From NCBI GenBank assembly GCA_026770705.1, contig JANJGN010000017.1, forward strand, positions 39,928,001 to 39,992,000: DNA of 64,000 bases, given 5' to 3'. Shown here piece after piece: positions 1 through 11,649 of this stretch. The notes under the pieces were generated by a model. It made no database searches. It saw only the letters and a list, made by a program, of their open reading frames with translations, and had not been told where the DNA came from. The stretch comes from Isurus oxyrinchus (lineage: Eukaryota). Made by a program: the position numbers and the translations under genes. Position 1 is the stretch's first letter. Each line of letters begins with the position of its first letter.

Positions 1-269
1 TATTTAACCACAGCTGGAACTCAAAACAAAATGAAGCAGCAAATCCTGCTTTAAACAAAATGTTGACTACTGGAAAACCAAGGAGGAATAGATATTTACT
101 GAAGTGTGTACTATAATGCCATGTGTCTAATTTCAGCAGCACAATTGATTCTTGAATGTTACCAAACGATTGCTACAACAGAGTGATATATAGCCTTCTC
201 TGAGATCTGCTGTAGAGATTATAACAATTGACAGGTATTTGGAATAGTTCAAACACTGACAATTTTGAA

Positions 270-520
270 TACCGCAAAGTTTCACATGCTGAGCTAAGCA
301 GTACTGTGAATAAGGGTGTTAAAACCACAGAGCATCATTTTAGAAATGATGGAGCAGTTATATAAGTGGTGATGAACCTGTGCTTTGACTCATGGCTTGC
401 AAAGATCATCATGTGAATCAAAAACAAAAACTATGGGAACTTCTGTGAGTTTTAGCTCAAGTGTCCCCTTCTTTGAGCTGACAGCTGAAGCTTTGAGTCC
501 TTATATACACACGCGCGCGT

Positions 521-563
<43 letters not shown>

Positions 564-1390
564 TGCCAATCAGGCCACATAGACTGCAAACTCTGCAGGA
601 CCCAGGTCAGGGTGATTAAAGTACAATTGGAGTTGTAAAACAGTATAAAACACAACAGCAATGGCTCAGCTCACCATTTCATTTCATAAAACATAGATTA
701 AGAAGCAAGAAAAGCAACAAGGTGCAATGGATTTGAGGCTGAGCGCTTCCACCTGCAGAACAATTTGCTGCAGTCACTGACTGTTATTGAAGCTCTGGCA
801 TTTTCAAAAACAAGCCTATGGAGATGAGTCATGGAGCAAAAAAAATAATTGTGCTGATGCCAGAGAGAACAGGGAGAAACCGATGCCTCCTTCACCACAG
901 ATCCAATGTGGGTCCCTTACTGCCCTCTTGTAGGCATTGTTTGACCATGTGGATGTAACATTCATGCAATTAAGCTGACGGATAACTTCTAATATTGGAC
1001 TCCCTGAGCCTCCCTGAAAACAAAATGTGATCCCCTTTGACCTTGAGACAGCACACTGCCGCGGGTGCTTTTTCTGATTGTTATTTTTGGTGCCCTTGTA
1101 TCGATTTGGATGAACTCTCAAGTGACGTGGCATAGGTGGGGTTTACATTTTAATCATTTTTTTACTAGAAGGTCGAGGTTAGTTTTGTTAAAAATAACAC
1201 AAGAGCTGCTTGCCCTCTCTGCTGTAAGTGTTCTCTTGCAATGGAGAAAAGCCCTGCATAATAGCGAGACAGTGTTGATTCTCCTGTGTTCCTGGCACAG
1301 TATTCTGGCCCAAGAGCATTGGAATGGACTGTTGACCTGTAAATAACATGTTACTGCTAACCTGGGGTGTCCCACTGTGTTCTAGTAATT
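270..1390 (-). pseudogene. ITIH-like unit 1: linker and ITI heavy-chain C-terminal domain (decayed)
   Basis: Minus ORF 816-1133 gives HPRQCAVSRSKGITFCFQGGSGSPILEVIRQLNCMNVT, comparable with ITIH5 DPHFVVDFPLSRLTVCFNIDGQPGDILRLVSDHRDSGVT. Downstream in order: HGQ..GTHIGSV, CGLIG (565-576; cf. HGLLG/HGLIG) and GTLELKLTEVPIVF (about 429-470; cf. AVLTVKGHQVPVVW). Multiple stops and frameshifts, plus an inserted (CA)n tract. Confidence 0.7.
522..560. repeat. (CA)n microsatellite
   Basis: Directly visible; sits inside the unit-1 C-terminal domain just after the GLIG motif. Confidence 0.97.
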
Positions 1391-1576
1391 GGAAAGAAAG
1401 ACAGACTTGCATTTATTTAACACCTTTCATGACCACAAGATGTTCCAAAGTACTTTACAGCCAATGAAGTACTTTTGAAGTGTGATCACTATTGTAATGT
1501 GAAGCAAAGTAACCAGTTTGGACACAGCAAGCTCCCACAAACTGCAACATGATAATGACCAGATTTTTTTTTCTTC

Positions 1577-1650
1577 TCCGCTGATGCTGCCAGACCTGCT
1601 GAGATTTTCCAGGTAATTCTGTTTTTGTTTTGGATTTCCAGCATCTGCAG
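1577..1650 (+). mobile_element. Penelope-type terminal-repeat fragment
   Basis: gatgctgccagacctgctgagattttccag...ttctgtttttgttttggatttccagcatctgcag; related motifs occur at 26210-26250 and, reversed, at 58030-58100. Confidence 0.6.
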
Positions 1651-1711
1651 TTTTTTTGTTTTTATTTTTTTTGTGCAGTTGATTGAGGGATAAATATTGG
1701 CCATTTAAATA

Positions 1712-2525
1712 CAGTCCACGTCCAAATGCAACAAGACCTGGACAATATACAAGTGGCAAATAACATTTGTGCCACATAAGTGCCAGGCAATGACCATCTC
1801 CAACAAGAGAGAATCTAACCATCGCCCTTGACGTTCAATGGCATTACCATCGCTGAATCCCCCACTATCAACATCTTGGGTGCTACCATTGACCAGAAAC
1901 TGAACTGGACCTGCCATATAAATACTGTGGCTACAAGAACAGGTCAGAGGCTAGGAATCCTGCAGTGTGTAACTCACCTCCTGACTTCCCAAAGCCTGTC
2001 CGCCAACTACAAGGCACAAGTCAGGAGTGTGATGGAATACTCTCCACTTGGCTGGATGAGTGCAGCTCCAACAACGTTTGAGAAGCTTGACATCATGTAG
2101 GACAAAGCATCCCATTTGATTGGCACCACATCCACAAACATTCACTCCCTTCACCATTGGTGCACAGTGGTCGCAGTGTGTACTGTCTACAAGATGTGCT
2201 GCAGGAGTTCACCAAGGTTCCTTAGCACCTTCCAAACGCACAACCTCTAAAATCTCGAAGGATAAAGGCAGCAGACACATGGGTACACCACCACCTGGAA
2301 GTTCCCCACAAACCATTCACCATCCTGTCTTGGAAATATATTGCCGTTCCTTCTCTGTTGCTGGGTCAAAAGCCTGGAACTCCTCTAACAGCACTGTGGG
2401 TATACCTACACCACATGGACAGCAGCAGTTCAAGAAGGCAGCTCACCACCACATTCTCAAGGGTAGTAAGGGATGGGCAATAAATGCTGGCCCAGCCAGC
2501 AACACCCACATCCCATGAATGAATA
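1712..2525 (+). mobile_element. CR1-type LINE 3' part (family with gggcaataaatgctggcc...atgaat tail)
   Basis: ORF 1828-2100 (ILGATIDQKLNWTCHI...YKAQVRSVMEYSPL) is a reverse transcriptase C-terminal region; the tail ends cccacatcccatgaatgaat. Confidence 0.9.
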
Positions 2526-2781
2526 AATTTTTAAAAGATGCCCTGGTTAACTCTACTGCTCTTTTAAAAATTGTGCCATGGACTCTTTTGCACCCACCTG
2601 AGGGGGAAGGTAGGGCCTCAGTTTAACATCTGATCTGAAAGACAGCACCCCTGACCATGCAGCACTCCCTCAGAGCTGTGCTAAAGTGTCAGCCTTCATT
2701 TATGCGCTCAAGTCCTGGGGTGGAACTTGAATCTGGAGACTCAGGAGAAAGTGCTACCGACTGAGCCAAGGCTGACACATG

Positions 2782-3468
2782 GAGCTGAATCTTTAGCTTC
2801 TGCTGAGAGTGGGAACAGAAGTGTACGTGGCACAAAAATAGCAGCACCAGTTGGCATGCCAGTTTCCTGACCTTGTTCCTGGCGCCACCCACGTTGCAGG
2901 GGCGGGTTTGGAGCCAGCAGGGCAAACCGCCCCCCCATGAGGTGGTCAGCCACTTAAAGGAATTTTCTGGTTGGCCTCCAGTTTCCTGATGTGATGGGGA
3001 GCAGTTTAACTGTCTGGAGTTGGGGACCCAGTGGCAGGTCAGGGGGCTAACACTACAGTAGGCCTACAGGCCTTCTTTGCCTGCTTACCTGGGTTCGGAC
3101 GCAGCCAAAGGCTGCCCTGTATAAGGTTACCCTTTTCCCCTTCCCATCTACAGATGTTGCTTGGATGCTTTTTTATTTCATGTTTTTAAAAAGTTGGTGT
3201 GAGGCTGCCTCTGTTTTGAAGTGCCCTTGCAGTTACTTGCCCTTTACTGCAGCCAGCAGCTCCCCTCAAACAAAGAGGCCTCTGATTGGCCCTCCAGCTT
3301 TGAAAGCCTGTCTGCCATCCTTAATTGGACAGGAAACCTGTCTCCGTGCCAATTAAGGGGGCGCCTCTGTGGAAATCCCAATGAATGATTGTTTCCCTTG
3401 GGGGAGAGTTGAGGACCCAGAAACAATCCCGACTCCTGTTTCCCAGCCCCGAAGTGAAAATTCAGCCC
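2782..3468. mobile_element. PIF/Harbinger-type MITE
   Basis: Termini gagctgaatc...gaaaattcagccc with a 3-bp duplication ATG (2779-2781 and 3469-3471). Confidence 0.75.
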
Positions 3469-3479
3469 ATGATTTCAAA

Positions 3480-3975
3480 TCAGCAAGACAAAAGACAGTT
3501 TTGGAAAGCATTTTTTCTTCTTGGAAGGTGCTATTCTCTGGGAATGTTGCTATCAGGCAGTGTTGCATTTCAACATTCAGCACATTGTTATTCCTAAGCT
3601 TCCTGATCATGCTAGGGCCTAGGCTGCTTACTTCCTGCAGCCTATGGGACAAGCAGAACACCTTTCAGGCCATCATATGATATACAAGGCATCTCTCCCT
3701 ATGATGCCCTCTACTGCTGTAATCTTTCTTGCCTTGTTGGGACCATTCTGACTTCTCGTTCAGCAGTTCATTTTGTTTGGAAGAGTAGGGAATCCAGTTT
3801 GCATCCACATGCACTCCAGGGCACCATTTCACCTTACCTGTAGTTTTTGATAATGAGCGTGGGGTGACGTTGAACAATCTTAGATACAATGAGATAAAGC
3901 TTTAAACAACATTGGTGTTTGCAGGTTGAGTTTAAATGTGTTTTTTTTCCATTGGGGGAAAAGGGAGCCAATTGT
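3480..3975 (-). pseudogene. ITIH-like unit 1: post-VWA and helical region
   Basis: Motifs in order: LQTPML (cf. IRTPLL), KNYR*GEMV (cf. PNYFNGSEII), LDSL (cf. LDHL), HRERCLVY...LSHRLQ (cf. HIERLWSY...LSSWLQ), RKLRNNNVL..HCLIATF (cf. ERLRQRAQ..YRFLTPF). A pyrimidine-rich AG acceptor lies at 3976-3977. Confidence 0.65.
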
Positions 3976-4522
3976 CTGAGACAAAGGCACACAAATGGAA
4001 ATCAAGGGTATCAAACGAATTTGTTCTGTTTCTCTCCGTGGTTGCGTCTCTCCGTGTGTGCTTCTGTGTTTGCTGGGTAGTGGGATGTGGTGCCAGTAGT
4101 AATGGTAGCTGAAGACTTGGAGCTTTGTATCATTGCTATTGATTTTCTTTTTCTTTTCAATTTAGCACTTGAGATTTACAAATATACAGTTTGTGCTGCT
4201 TTTAGACCAAATGGTACAATTGTAAACTGTTTTGCGGAGGGGGAATGTTTCCCTCTTTGATTGATGTCGGATTCCCTCTTCAAATATTTTGAATATACAG
4301 GAAATCTGAATATAAAATGTTTATGGAAAACATCTTGAAAAGGCAGTAAATTCAGGCAAGAGGCAATTTAGAGATTGAAATTATATTTAATTAATGTGGG
4401 TTTTAATTTGCACTGCATAAACTGGTAAATTGGTGTATTATAAAACCTAGTGAAAACATGCAAATTACAAAGCCTTTAACTTCTATCTATGTTTACAAAT
4501 GAACCATGATAATGAGTCCTTG

Positions 4523-5130
4523 TATTGGCCTTTATTGCAAGGGGAATGGAGTATAAAAGTAGGGAAGTCTTGCTACAACTGTACAGGACATTGGTGAGAC
4601 CACACCTAGAGTACTATGCACAGTTTCGGTCCTCTTACTTAAGGAGTGATATATTTGCATTGGAAGCAGTTCAGAGAAGGCTCACACAGCTGGTTCCTGG
4701 GATGAAGGGGCTGTCTTGTGAGGAAACATTGAGCAGGTTAGACCTGAATTCATTGGAGGTTAGAAGAATAAGAGGTGATCGTATTGAAACATAAGATTTT
4801 GAGGGGGCTTGATAGGGGAGATGCTGGGCGGATGTTTCTCCTCATGGGGTGATCTTTAAGAAGGTTGCACAGTTTAAAAATAAGGGGCCTCTCTTTTAAG
4901 TCCCTCATAGGGTCATTAGTCTTTAGGATTCTCTTCCCCAGGGAGCTGTGTTGGCTGGGTCATTGAATATATTCAAGGCTGAGTTAGATTTTTTGATCTA
5001 CAAGGGAGTCGAGAGTTATTGGGGGCAGGCAGGAAAGTGGACTTCAAGCTATAATCAGATCAGCCATGATCTTATTGAAAGGCGGAGCTGGCTTGAGGGG
5101 CCAAATGGCCTACTCCTCCTATTTCTTATT
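4523..5130 (+). mobile_element. CR1 LINE 3' fragment
   Basis: ORF 4525-4794 (IARGMEYKSREVLLQLYRTLVRPHLEY...RRIRGD) followed by a typical CR1 3' UTR ending ggcctactcctcctatttcttat. Confidence 0.92.
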
Positions 5131-5538
5131 ATGCTCATTGTACAAAAAGATCATAATTACGATAGTTTCATACCTTAGCGTCCCACACACATAGGAACTT
5201 TTTCCAGTGGTTATAAGTTTGAATTTTATTTGTAAAGGGAGCATGAACTTGTGGCCTAAAGCGCAGGGCCATGTTGCATTTGCCCTCCTAAAGTGGCAAG
5301 GATTGATGTGAAAATTTAAAACGTGACATAGTGCTATATACCACTTGCTGTAACTCGATCTAGTTTTACTGTCACCATAATTCCAAATTGCTAAAAATAT
5401 TCTATGCAGTCTAATTGTAGTGATCCTTTTTCTGTCATATTCCTTTTCAATTCTTTACATAACCCAGCAATTTCCATAAATTCTGCTGCTTTTATTGCAA
5501 ATCTGCCATTCAGATTACTCAACACTGAAGCAACTGAC

Positions 5539-5720
5539 CTGTAAAAATTCATGAGTCAACTCATTAAAAGTGTTATTTCCTTGCAAACCTATCAAGATTG
5601 TGGAGCGTTTAGATGCTAATAAACTGAAATCTTGTTTGCTCCTAAAATCTTTGTTGTATGCAGAGTGACAAGACGGAGAATTTGCACAACGATCAAACAA
5701 AACTATGGTCTCGACAGAGG
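5539..5720 (-). pseudogene. ITIH-like unit 1: end of VWA domain (exon-like)
   Basis: HSAYNKDFRSKQDFSLL...IGL...EFLQ, comparable with ITIH FPLYNLGFGHNVDFNFL...QQLQ. Ends at a CAG|GTCAGT donor (GT at 5537-5538). Confidence 0.55.
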
Positions 5721-6384
5721 CTGTATGTATTCATTTATTGTAAGGGACTTAATTCCCACTATTTTCCTTCCACGTCAGCCTCTATTTTCTTTAGCTTGGG
5801 AGGTTAGAGTGGCCCAGGTCATGGAATCTTAAGCTCAAGTTCAATAAGATTGGACTTTGGACTTCCTTGGGTGCCGGAGGGAAGCCCATTGATAACTTCA
5901 TGACTCCAACTATAAATGCTGGGCCATTCACAGGTTATAAGCAAACCCCAAAATAATAGCCCTATAATCCACAAGGAGATAAAATATGTATTTTTTTGGG
6001 GGGTGTGGAATTATTGAATTCTAAAGTTCATTCTTTTGTGATGCAACTCTCATTGAGTTTATTTGCTTGTAGACCAGTTAGTCCATGAGATAACAAAAAT
6101 CGCTAGTTTACACCATCAAAGGAGATGTTGACGAGCTCTGGAATTAGAAAATTTAATAAATGAATACATCACGGTGACAGGTTACTATGGAAGGGGAACT
6201 GTTCAACTTTTACGTTAGTTTAAATTTTTGTATCAATGGCCATTTCTAAGCGTGGATCTCTCATCCCTTATGAACTGGAATGTGTCTTCATCTGCCCAAA
6301 AGTTTGGAAAATGTAGCACCAATCAGTGATTGAATAAGGAATCCTTGTCACTGTATTCTGGCTAGCTGAAATGAATCATCTTAT

Positions 6385-6728
6385 TATTCATTCATGGGAT
6401 CTGGGTGTCGCTGGTTAGGCCAGCATTTATTGTCCTTCCCTAATTACCCTTTTTCCGAAGGCATTTTAAGAATCAACCACTTTGCTGTGGGTCTGGAGTC
6501 ACATGGAAGCCAGACCAGGTAAGGACAGCACATTTCCTTCCCTAAAGGACATTAGTTTTTACAACAATTGACAATGGTTTCATCGTCATCATCAGACTTT
6601 TAATTACAGATTTTTTTTATTGAATTCAAATGTCACCATCTGCCATGGTGACATTTGAGTATCCTGCATTACCCTGGGTCTCTGGAATACCAGGCCAGTG
6701 ACAATACCACTAGGCTACCGCCTCCCCC
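6385..6728 (-). mobile_element. tRNA-derived SINE sharing its tail with the CR1 family at 1712-2525
   Basis: Reverse strand reads gggaggcggtagcctagtggtattgtcactgg...tgactccagacccacagcaaagtggttgattctt...aataaatgctggcc...cccatgaatgaat. Other copies lie at 9845-10283 and 25458-25765. Confidence 0.85.
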
Positions 6729-6970
6729 ATAATCTCATCTTCAGTAGGTGGATAAATATAAACTCTATAAGACCAGGGCCCACTCTAAAAAATCAAGGGA
6801 CACATTTATTTAACATTACATGAGAAATAGATTATAAATAGCAAAGGTTGTAAATATTCTATTTTCCATAAAATGTCAACACAATAATGATGTTTCTCCT
6901 CCACTTCTCTTTCAACCTAAAATTTATTCTCGAAATATCATCTTTTATCTCTTATGTTGTGAAATGTTAC

Positions 6971-7250
6971 CTCGGTCCCTCTGCTGGGTTCACATAGACT
7001 GCTGAGTTGAATCCAAGCAGCCGACAGAAGCCCACAGTCAGAAATCTGTCTGTCAGAAGGATGACAATCATTGATCCGACCTCTCTCACAGGCGTTACTC
7101 AAATCTCCACTCCGGATGCAGCTCTCAATCAAGGCCACTAACCCAGGATGTCAGTCACCTTGGATGCTTACAGTTGAATGGAATGACTTGACTTTTTTTC
7201 AGCTAAGATACAGACTTGGAGTGACCTGCTAGATGAGGTCCCCATTCAGG
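6971..7250 (-). pseudogene. ITIH-like unit 1: VWA core
   Basis: EWGPHL.VTP...KKVKSF...IQG/TDILG...LRAA...REVGSMIVILLTDRFLTVG, comparable with ITIH5 WKDHLISVTP...GGTDING..QRA...RSVSLIVFLTDGKPTVG. Ends at a GAG|GTAACA donor (GT at 6969-6970). Confidence 0.75.
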
Positions 7251-7261
7251 TATAATGCTAA

Positions 7262-7695
7262 CTATTAGACAGACTGGTCTTGTTTCCACTGGAGACTAGA
7301 AGAGTGAGGAGTGACTTGATTGAAGCATATAAGATCCTGAACGGTATTGACAAGGCGGATGTTGAAAGGATGTTTCCTCTTGTGGGCGAGTCCAGAACTA
7401 GGGGGTACTGTTTTAAAATGCCCTTCCAGGACAGAGATGAAGAAACTGTTTTTCTGCCAGAGGGTTGTGTGACTTTGGAACTCTCTGCCTCCAAAGGCGG
7501 TGGAGGTGGAGGGTCATTGAATATTTTTAAGACAAGGTAGATAGATTCTTGTTAGGCAAGGGAATCGAAGGTTATTGGGGGTAGATAGGAATGTGGAATT
7601 CGAAATACAAACGGATGACAGACCTTAATGAATGGCAGAGCAGGCTTGAGCGGCTGAATGGCCTACTTCTGCTCCTATTTCATTTTTTTGTATGT
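7262..7695 (+). mobile_element. CR1 LINE 3' end
   Basis: ORF 7280-7540 (RRVRSDLIEAYKILNGIDKADVERMFPLVGESRTRG) plus CR1 tail. Confidence 0.9.
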
Positions 7696-7727
7696 ATCAA
7701 ACAATGCATTGCAAGGGCTTCGGGAGG

Positions 7728-7830
7728 ATTACAACAGTGACTATACGCTTTAAAGTACTCTATTGGCTATGAAACACTTTGGGATGTTCTGTCATCATGA
7801 AATGTATTATACAAGTGCAAGTCTTTCTTT
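7728..7830 (+). mobile_element. Deu-SINE 3' fragment
   Basis: attacaacagtgactatacgctttaaagtactctattggctatgaaacactttgggatg...aagtgcaagtctttctttc. Confidence 0.75.
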
Positions 7831-8924
7831 CCTCCCTGCTTGCAATAGCAGTTAACAATAACTGACCATGGCCAGCAATAAAGAATTCAATAGCTAATTT
7901 AACAAAGACAAAAATATTTCATAATTGTTGTAGAAACATCAGGAAAGCCTGGAATTTCAAGAACGAGAAGATGGCAGAGGGGTAACATAAACCATGACCA
8001 AAAAAAAAGAGTAAGAACATGTTTTCACTTTATTTCCACCCTGTGCCCTTGCATTGCTTGTGTCTGTATCTGCCATATGGTTTTGAATTAGTTTTGAAGA
8101 TATGACAGCAAATAGAGGGTTTACCCTTTTTTTTCTCTCTCCCTGCCCTGTCTCTCCCTTTGAAGTTGTTCATGCCTAAGTGGCTTCATCCTCTGTTATC
8201 CAAACCCTTATTCTACATATCTGACCACAGGAAGTAGGAAGTATTTTGTTTTTAATCATGGGCCATTTCATAACCAAGTGCACCCCTCTTCACTTTCAGC
8301 AAGGTTGCTAGCTAGTGAACATGAGTGGAAAAGCTTCACTTTCCCATCCCAGGATCTATCTCAGCTCCTCACCTCTTTGGGGGAGGCTTTCTATTTATAT
8401 TTGAGAGTTAGGAATAAAAGAAAAAGATCACAATCTGTTTTGGCACAACCCCCTTGCTTCTGGCCAATCCTCAAGTTTACGCCCAGGCTACCTGATCTTG
8501 GGATTAGATGAAGATGCCCTGTTCTAAGTGCTTGGAAGCTGGAACTCATTAAAGGAATCAGCGTAATAATTTTGGGTGGAACCTAGCAACAGGCCATGAT
8601 TGAACTTCTTCTTTAAACAAGCGCAATCCTGCTACTAGAATTGCTGCTGTTTTTAGTATGTCATTTTAAAAGAGATTAACAGATTCCAGGGGAAAAGATT
8701 TCTTCTCTACACATGTGTATAACAAACCTATGATGCGGTTTAAAAATGTCATTTTCTCAGAGAAAATTTTCCCCCATATGTTTTACTGTGGGAAAGAAAT
8801 AATCACCGGAAACTGCAGCTCTTTTTTTGATTCATCAAAGTGAGGATTTCAGTCTCGGGAAACTTTCTACTTTAAACACAGTGCCAAGTACTCCCAGGTC
8901 AACATAGCACAGCCGGATGGGATG

Positions 8925-9290
8925 AACTTGCATTTATACAGCGTCCTTCATATCCTCAGGATGCTCCAAGGCGCTTTACAACCAGTGAATTGTTTTTTGT
9001 TGTATGGTCTCTGTTTTTTACATAGACAAACATGGCAGTCACATTGTGCAGAGCAGGGCCCCATTAACTGCAAATGATTACATGATGTATATTTTTTGCT
9101 GGTTACAATTAAGGGAGGAATATTGGCTTGAAAACCAGAATTCCCAACTCTTTGAATAGTAGTATGGGATCTTTTCTTACATTCACCTGATCAAGCAGCT
9201 GTAGTTCACTATCTCATCCAAAAGACGGCACCTTTTGATAATGCAACAGTTCCTGTGTCATACCCTAAATTGTGAGCTTACATTCGGAGC
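8925..9290 (-). mobile_element. Deu-SINE, degraded
   Basis: aacttgcatttatacagcgtccttcatatcctcaggatgctccaaggcgctttacaaccagtgaa... is collinear with 1392-2778. Confidence 0.7.
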
Positions 9291-9844
9291 ACGGTTCTCT
9301 ACATTAAGCCAACAATGTGCTTTAATTCTGGCTTCAGAATGGAAATCTTCCTGCATGATTATAAATTTGCTATTTCCAAAAGCAATCACCTTTTTAAGTG
9401 TAATTGCTAATTTGTCCTGAGTTATGGATAGATTTATATTACCTATGAATCAGAGTAGAGGTGACTTGTCCAGTAGGAACTATTGAAACTTTTCCTAAGA
9501 GAACTTCATATAGGTTTCCAGTGGAAATATGACTTTCATTGCCTCCTGTGTGGGCTTGATTCAAGTTGAGAAAACATTGTGCCAATTCACTATAGCACCC
9601 AGTCCCCAGGGGGCGGGGACTCTATCTATGATTAGTTTTCTTTATGGACAATTTGTCAACCACAGGTTATTCACCAGATTCAAGTTGAAGTAGGTGACAA
9701 CATCAAGCCAATTTCTAATCTGCAGATCTTGACACCTGTTGGTTAGTCAGTTTTTATTGTGAAATTTTACTAATGAGGAAAGATTGGATAAGCTGGGGTT
9801 TTCTTTGGAGCAGAGGAGGCTAAGGGGAGATTTAATTTTTTTTT

Positions 9845-10283
9845 TATTCATTCATCGTATGTGGGCATCATTGGCTAGGCTAGCATTTATTGCCCATCCA
9901 TAATTGCCCTTGAGAAGCTGGTGGAGCTTGAGAAGCTGCAGTCTGGTGTAGGTGTAGGTCTAATTTTCTGTAGTGGTTCGATAAAACTGAGTGGCTTGTA
10001 AGGTCATTTCAGAGGGCATTTAAGAGTCAACCACATTGGTGTGGATCTGGAGTCACATGTAGGCCAGAACAGATAAGGACAGCAAATTTCCTCCCCTAAA
10101 GGACATTAGTGAACCAGATGGGTTTTTACAACAATCAGCAATGGCTTCATGGTCATCATTAGACTTTTGATTCCAGATTTTTATTCCAGATGGAATTCAA
10201 ATTCCATCATCTGTCGTGGTGGGATTCGAACCCAGGTCCCCAGAGCATTACCCTGGGTCTCTGTATTGCTAGTCCAGTGACAA
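9845..10283 (-). mobile_element. tRNA-derived SINE (same family as 6385-6728)
   Basis: B-box-like gggttcgaatccc on the reverse strand (about 10220-10235), with the shared body and tail. Confidence 0.88.
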
Positions 10284-10418
10284 ATAGAGTGGGAAGGGCC
10301 TATTTCCATTAGTAGAGAGGGCAATACCAAGCGGCATAGATTTAAAGTAATTGGCAGAAGATGTAGAGGCGAGTTGTGAAATTGCTTTACCAGAGGGTGT
10401 TGGAGTCTGGAACTCACT

Positions 10419-11649
10419 GGACGGAATTGTCCTAAATTTGCACCTTGTGCAGTAGCGGGCGGGGAAAACATTTTATTCGCCGGCCACAATAGTGACTTTT
10501 CACGCCATATCCTAAATCCTCCGCATTAATTACGTATTCCTGGGATACTCGCCCTTTTGATTGCAGGTGGGCTCTGATTCGCCTGCACGCTGTCACCTCG
10601 CCACTTCATCACGCCAGCGTCCACATTTAAAGTACAGCCGTGCTCAGTACTTCCAGCCCAAGACTGCAGCAAAGAAGACATGGCCCCAATAGGCATGAAG
10701 ACTGCAGCCCTCCAGTGCCATTTGGACACTGTGGAGGCCCGCTGTGATGTCCTCTATCTCTGCTCTAGCTGCAGGAGGGGCAGCTACATTACCACTCCAG
10801 CTTGGTGGGCGATGGCAGTGGTGATCAGTGCCAATGCTGTACAGAAAAGGTTGGCCATCCTATGCAGATAGAGGATGAATGATCTCATCCTTGCCGCCAG
10901 GGTATGGCAACCATCTCATCACTCTAAACTCACACACTCCAGCCCATCACACATTCACTGGCATCTCACTCACTTTCAGCTCAAGGGACATCACCAGCCA
11001 TTCTCACCCACACTCTCACATCTCCATCTGGTTTCATCTCCTCTGGCTTCACCATTTTGAGGCCACTTGCACAGGTCAACATGTGCCCCTTCACACACCT
11101 GGGTTAACCCCATTCCCCAGTACAGCTTTTGTCGTGCAACCTCTTCTCTTGTCTGAAGCCACTTCTCCCCCTTGCCCAAGCAAGCCCTATCCCTGCAGCC
11201 GTTGAAAAGACACCCACGTGTGGCTGATCTGGTAGGTAGAGACCTACTCGTGAGCAGCCCTAAAAGTGATGTGGTGCTGTCTGTGAAGCCTGGTGCTGAT
11301 GACTGCGAGTGCTGCCCAAAGCAAGACAGGCAAACAAGTCCTGAGTGAAGTGCAGCCCAGTAAGTGCTTGCCTTATATATGCTGTTGTGAAACACGTCGG
11401 CGTGTTTTCCCACCGGTATGGGCAAAGGATCGAGCGGGTGGGGACAATTCTGGTGGGCTGGCCTAATAATAATATGCAAAAAATTACTATGAGGTTCCCA
11501 ATGTCCGATGGTGGAAAACGTGACCCGTCATCGACGGGCTGGGCAAAAGATCGCAAACTGGTTTTATGCCATTGTGAAACCGATCGTGCCTTATTGTCCG
11601 GTCACATCACCGAACACGCCTAACGCCAGCAGGAACAGAAAATCCTGGC
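10419..11649 (+). mobile_element. Non-autonomous PIF/Harbinger element with a Myb/SANT-like ORF remnant
   Basis: Termini ggacggaatt...aaaatcctggc. 10680-10900 translates LDTVEARCDVLY...AWWAMAVVISANAVQKRLAILCR*RMNDL, a Harbinger Myb/SANT (MSANTD-like) signature. Confidence 0.75.

Larger units (their letters stand above)
1392..2778 (-). mobile_element. Deu-domain SINE (SacSINE1/AmnSINE1-like), split by two later insertions
   Basis: The reverse strand has a tRNA-like head (gtgtcagccttggctcagtcggtagcact, about 2750-2778) and a Deu-type body and tail (gcttgctgtgtccaaactgg...cattacaatag...cttcaaaagtacttcattggctgtaaag...aaatgcaagtctgtctttctttc). Interrupted at about 1577-1650 and 1712-2525. Confidence 0.8.

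Noticed and set aside
3975-4015. LDFHL..SDN as a match to ITIH VDFRLL..SLEN
   Set aside because: The same bases form a polypyrimidine splice acceptor, and a better match to that motif lies at 5539-5720.
6690-6728. tRNA-like sequences at SINE heads (also about 2750-2778 and 10220-10283)
   Set aside because: These are degenerate SINE promoter regions attached to SINE bodies, with no full cloverleaf.
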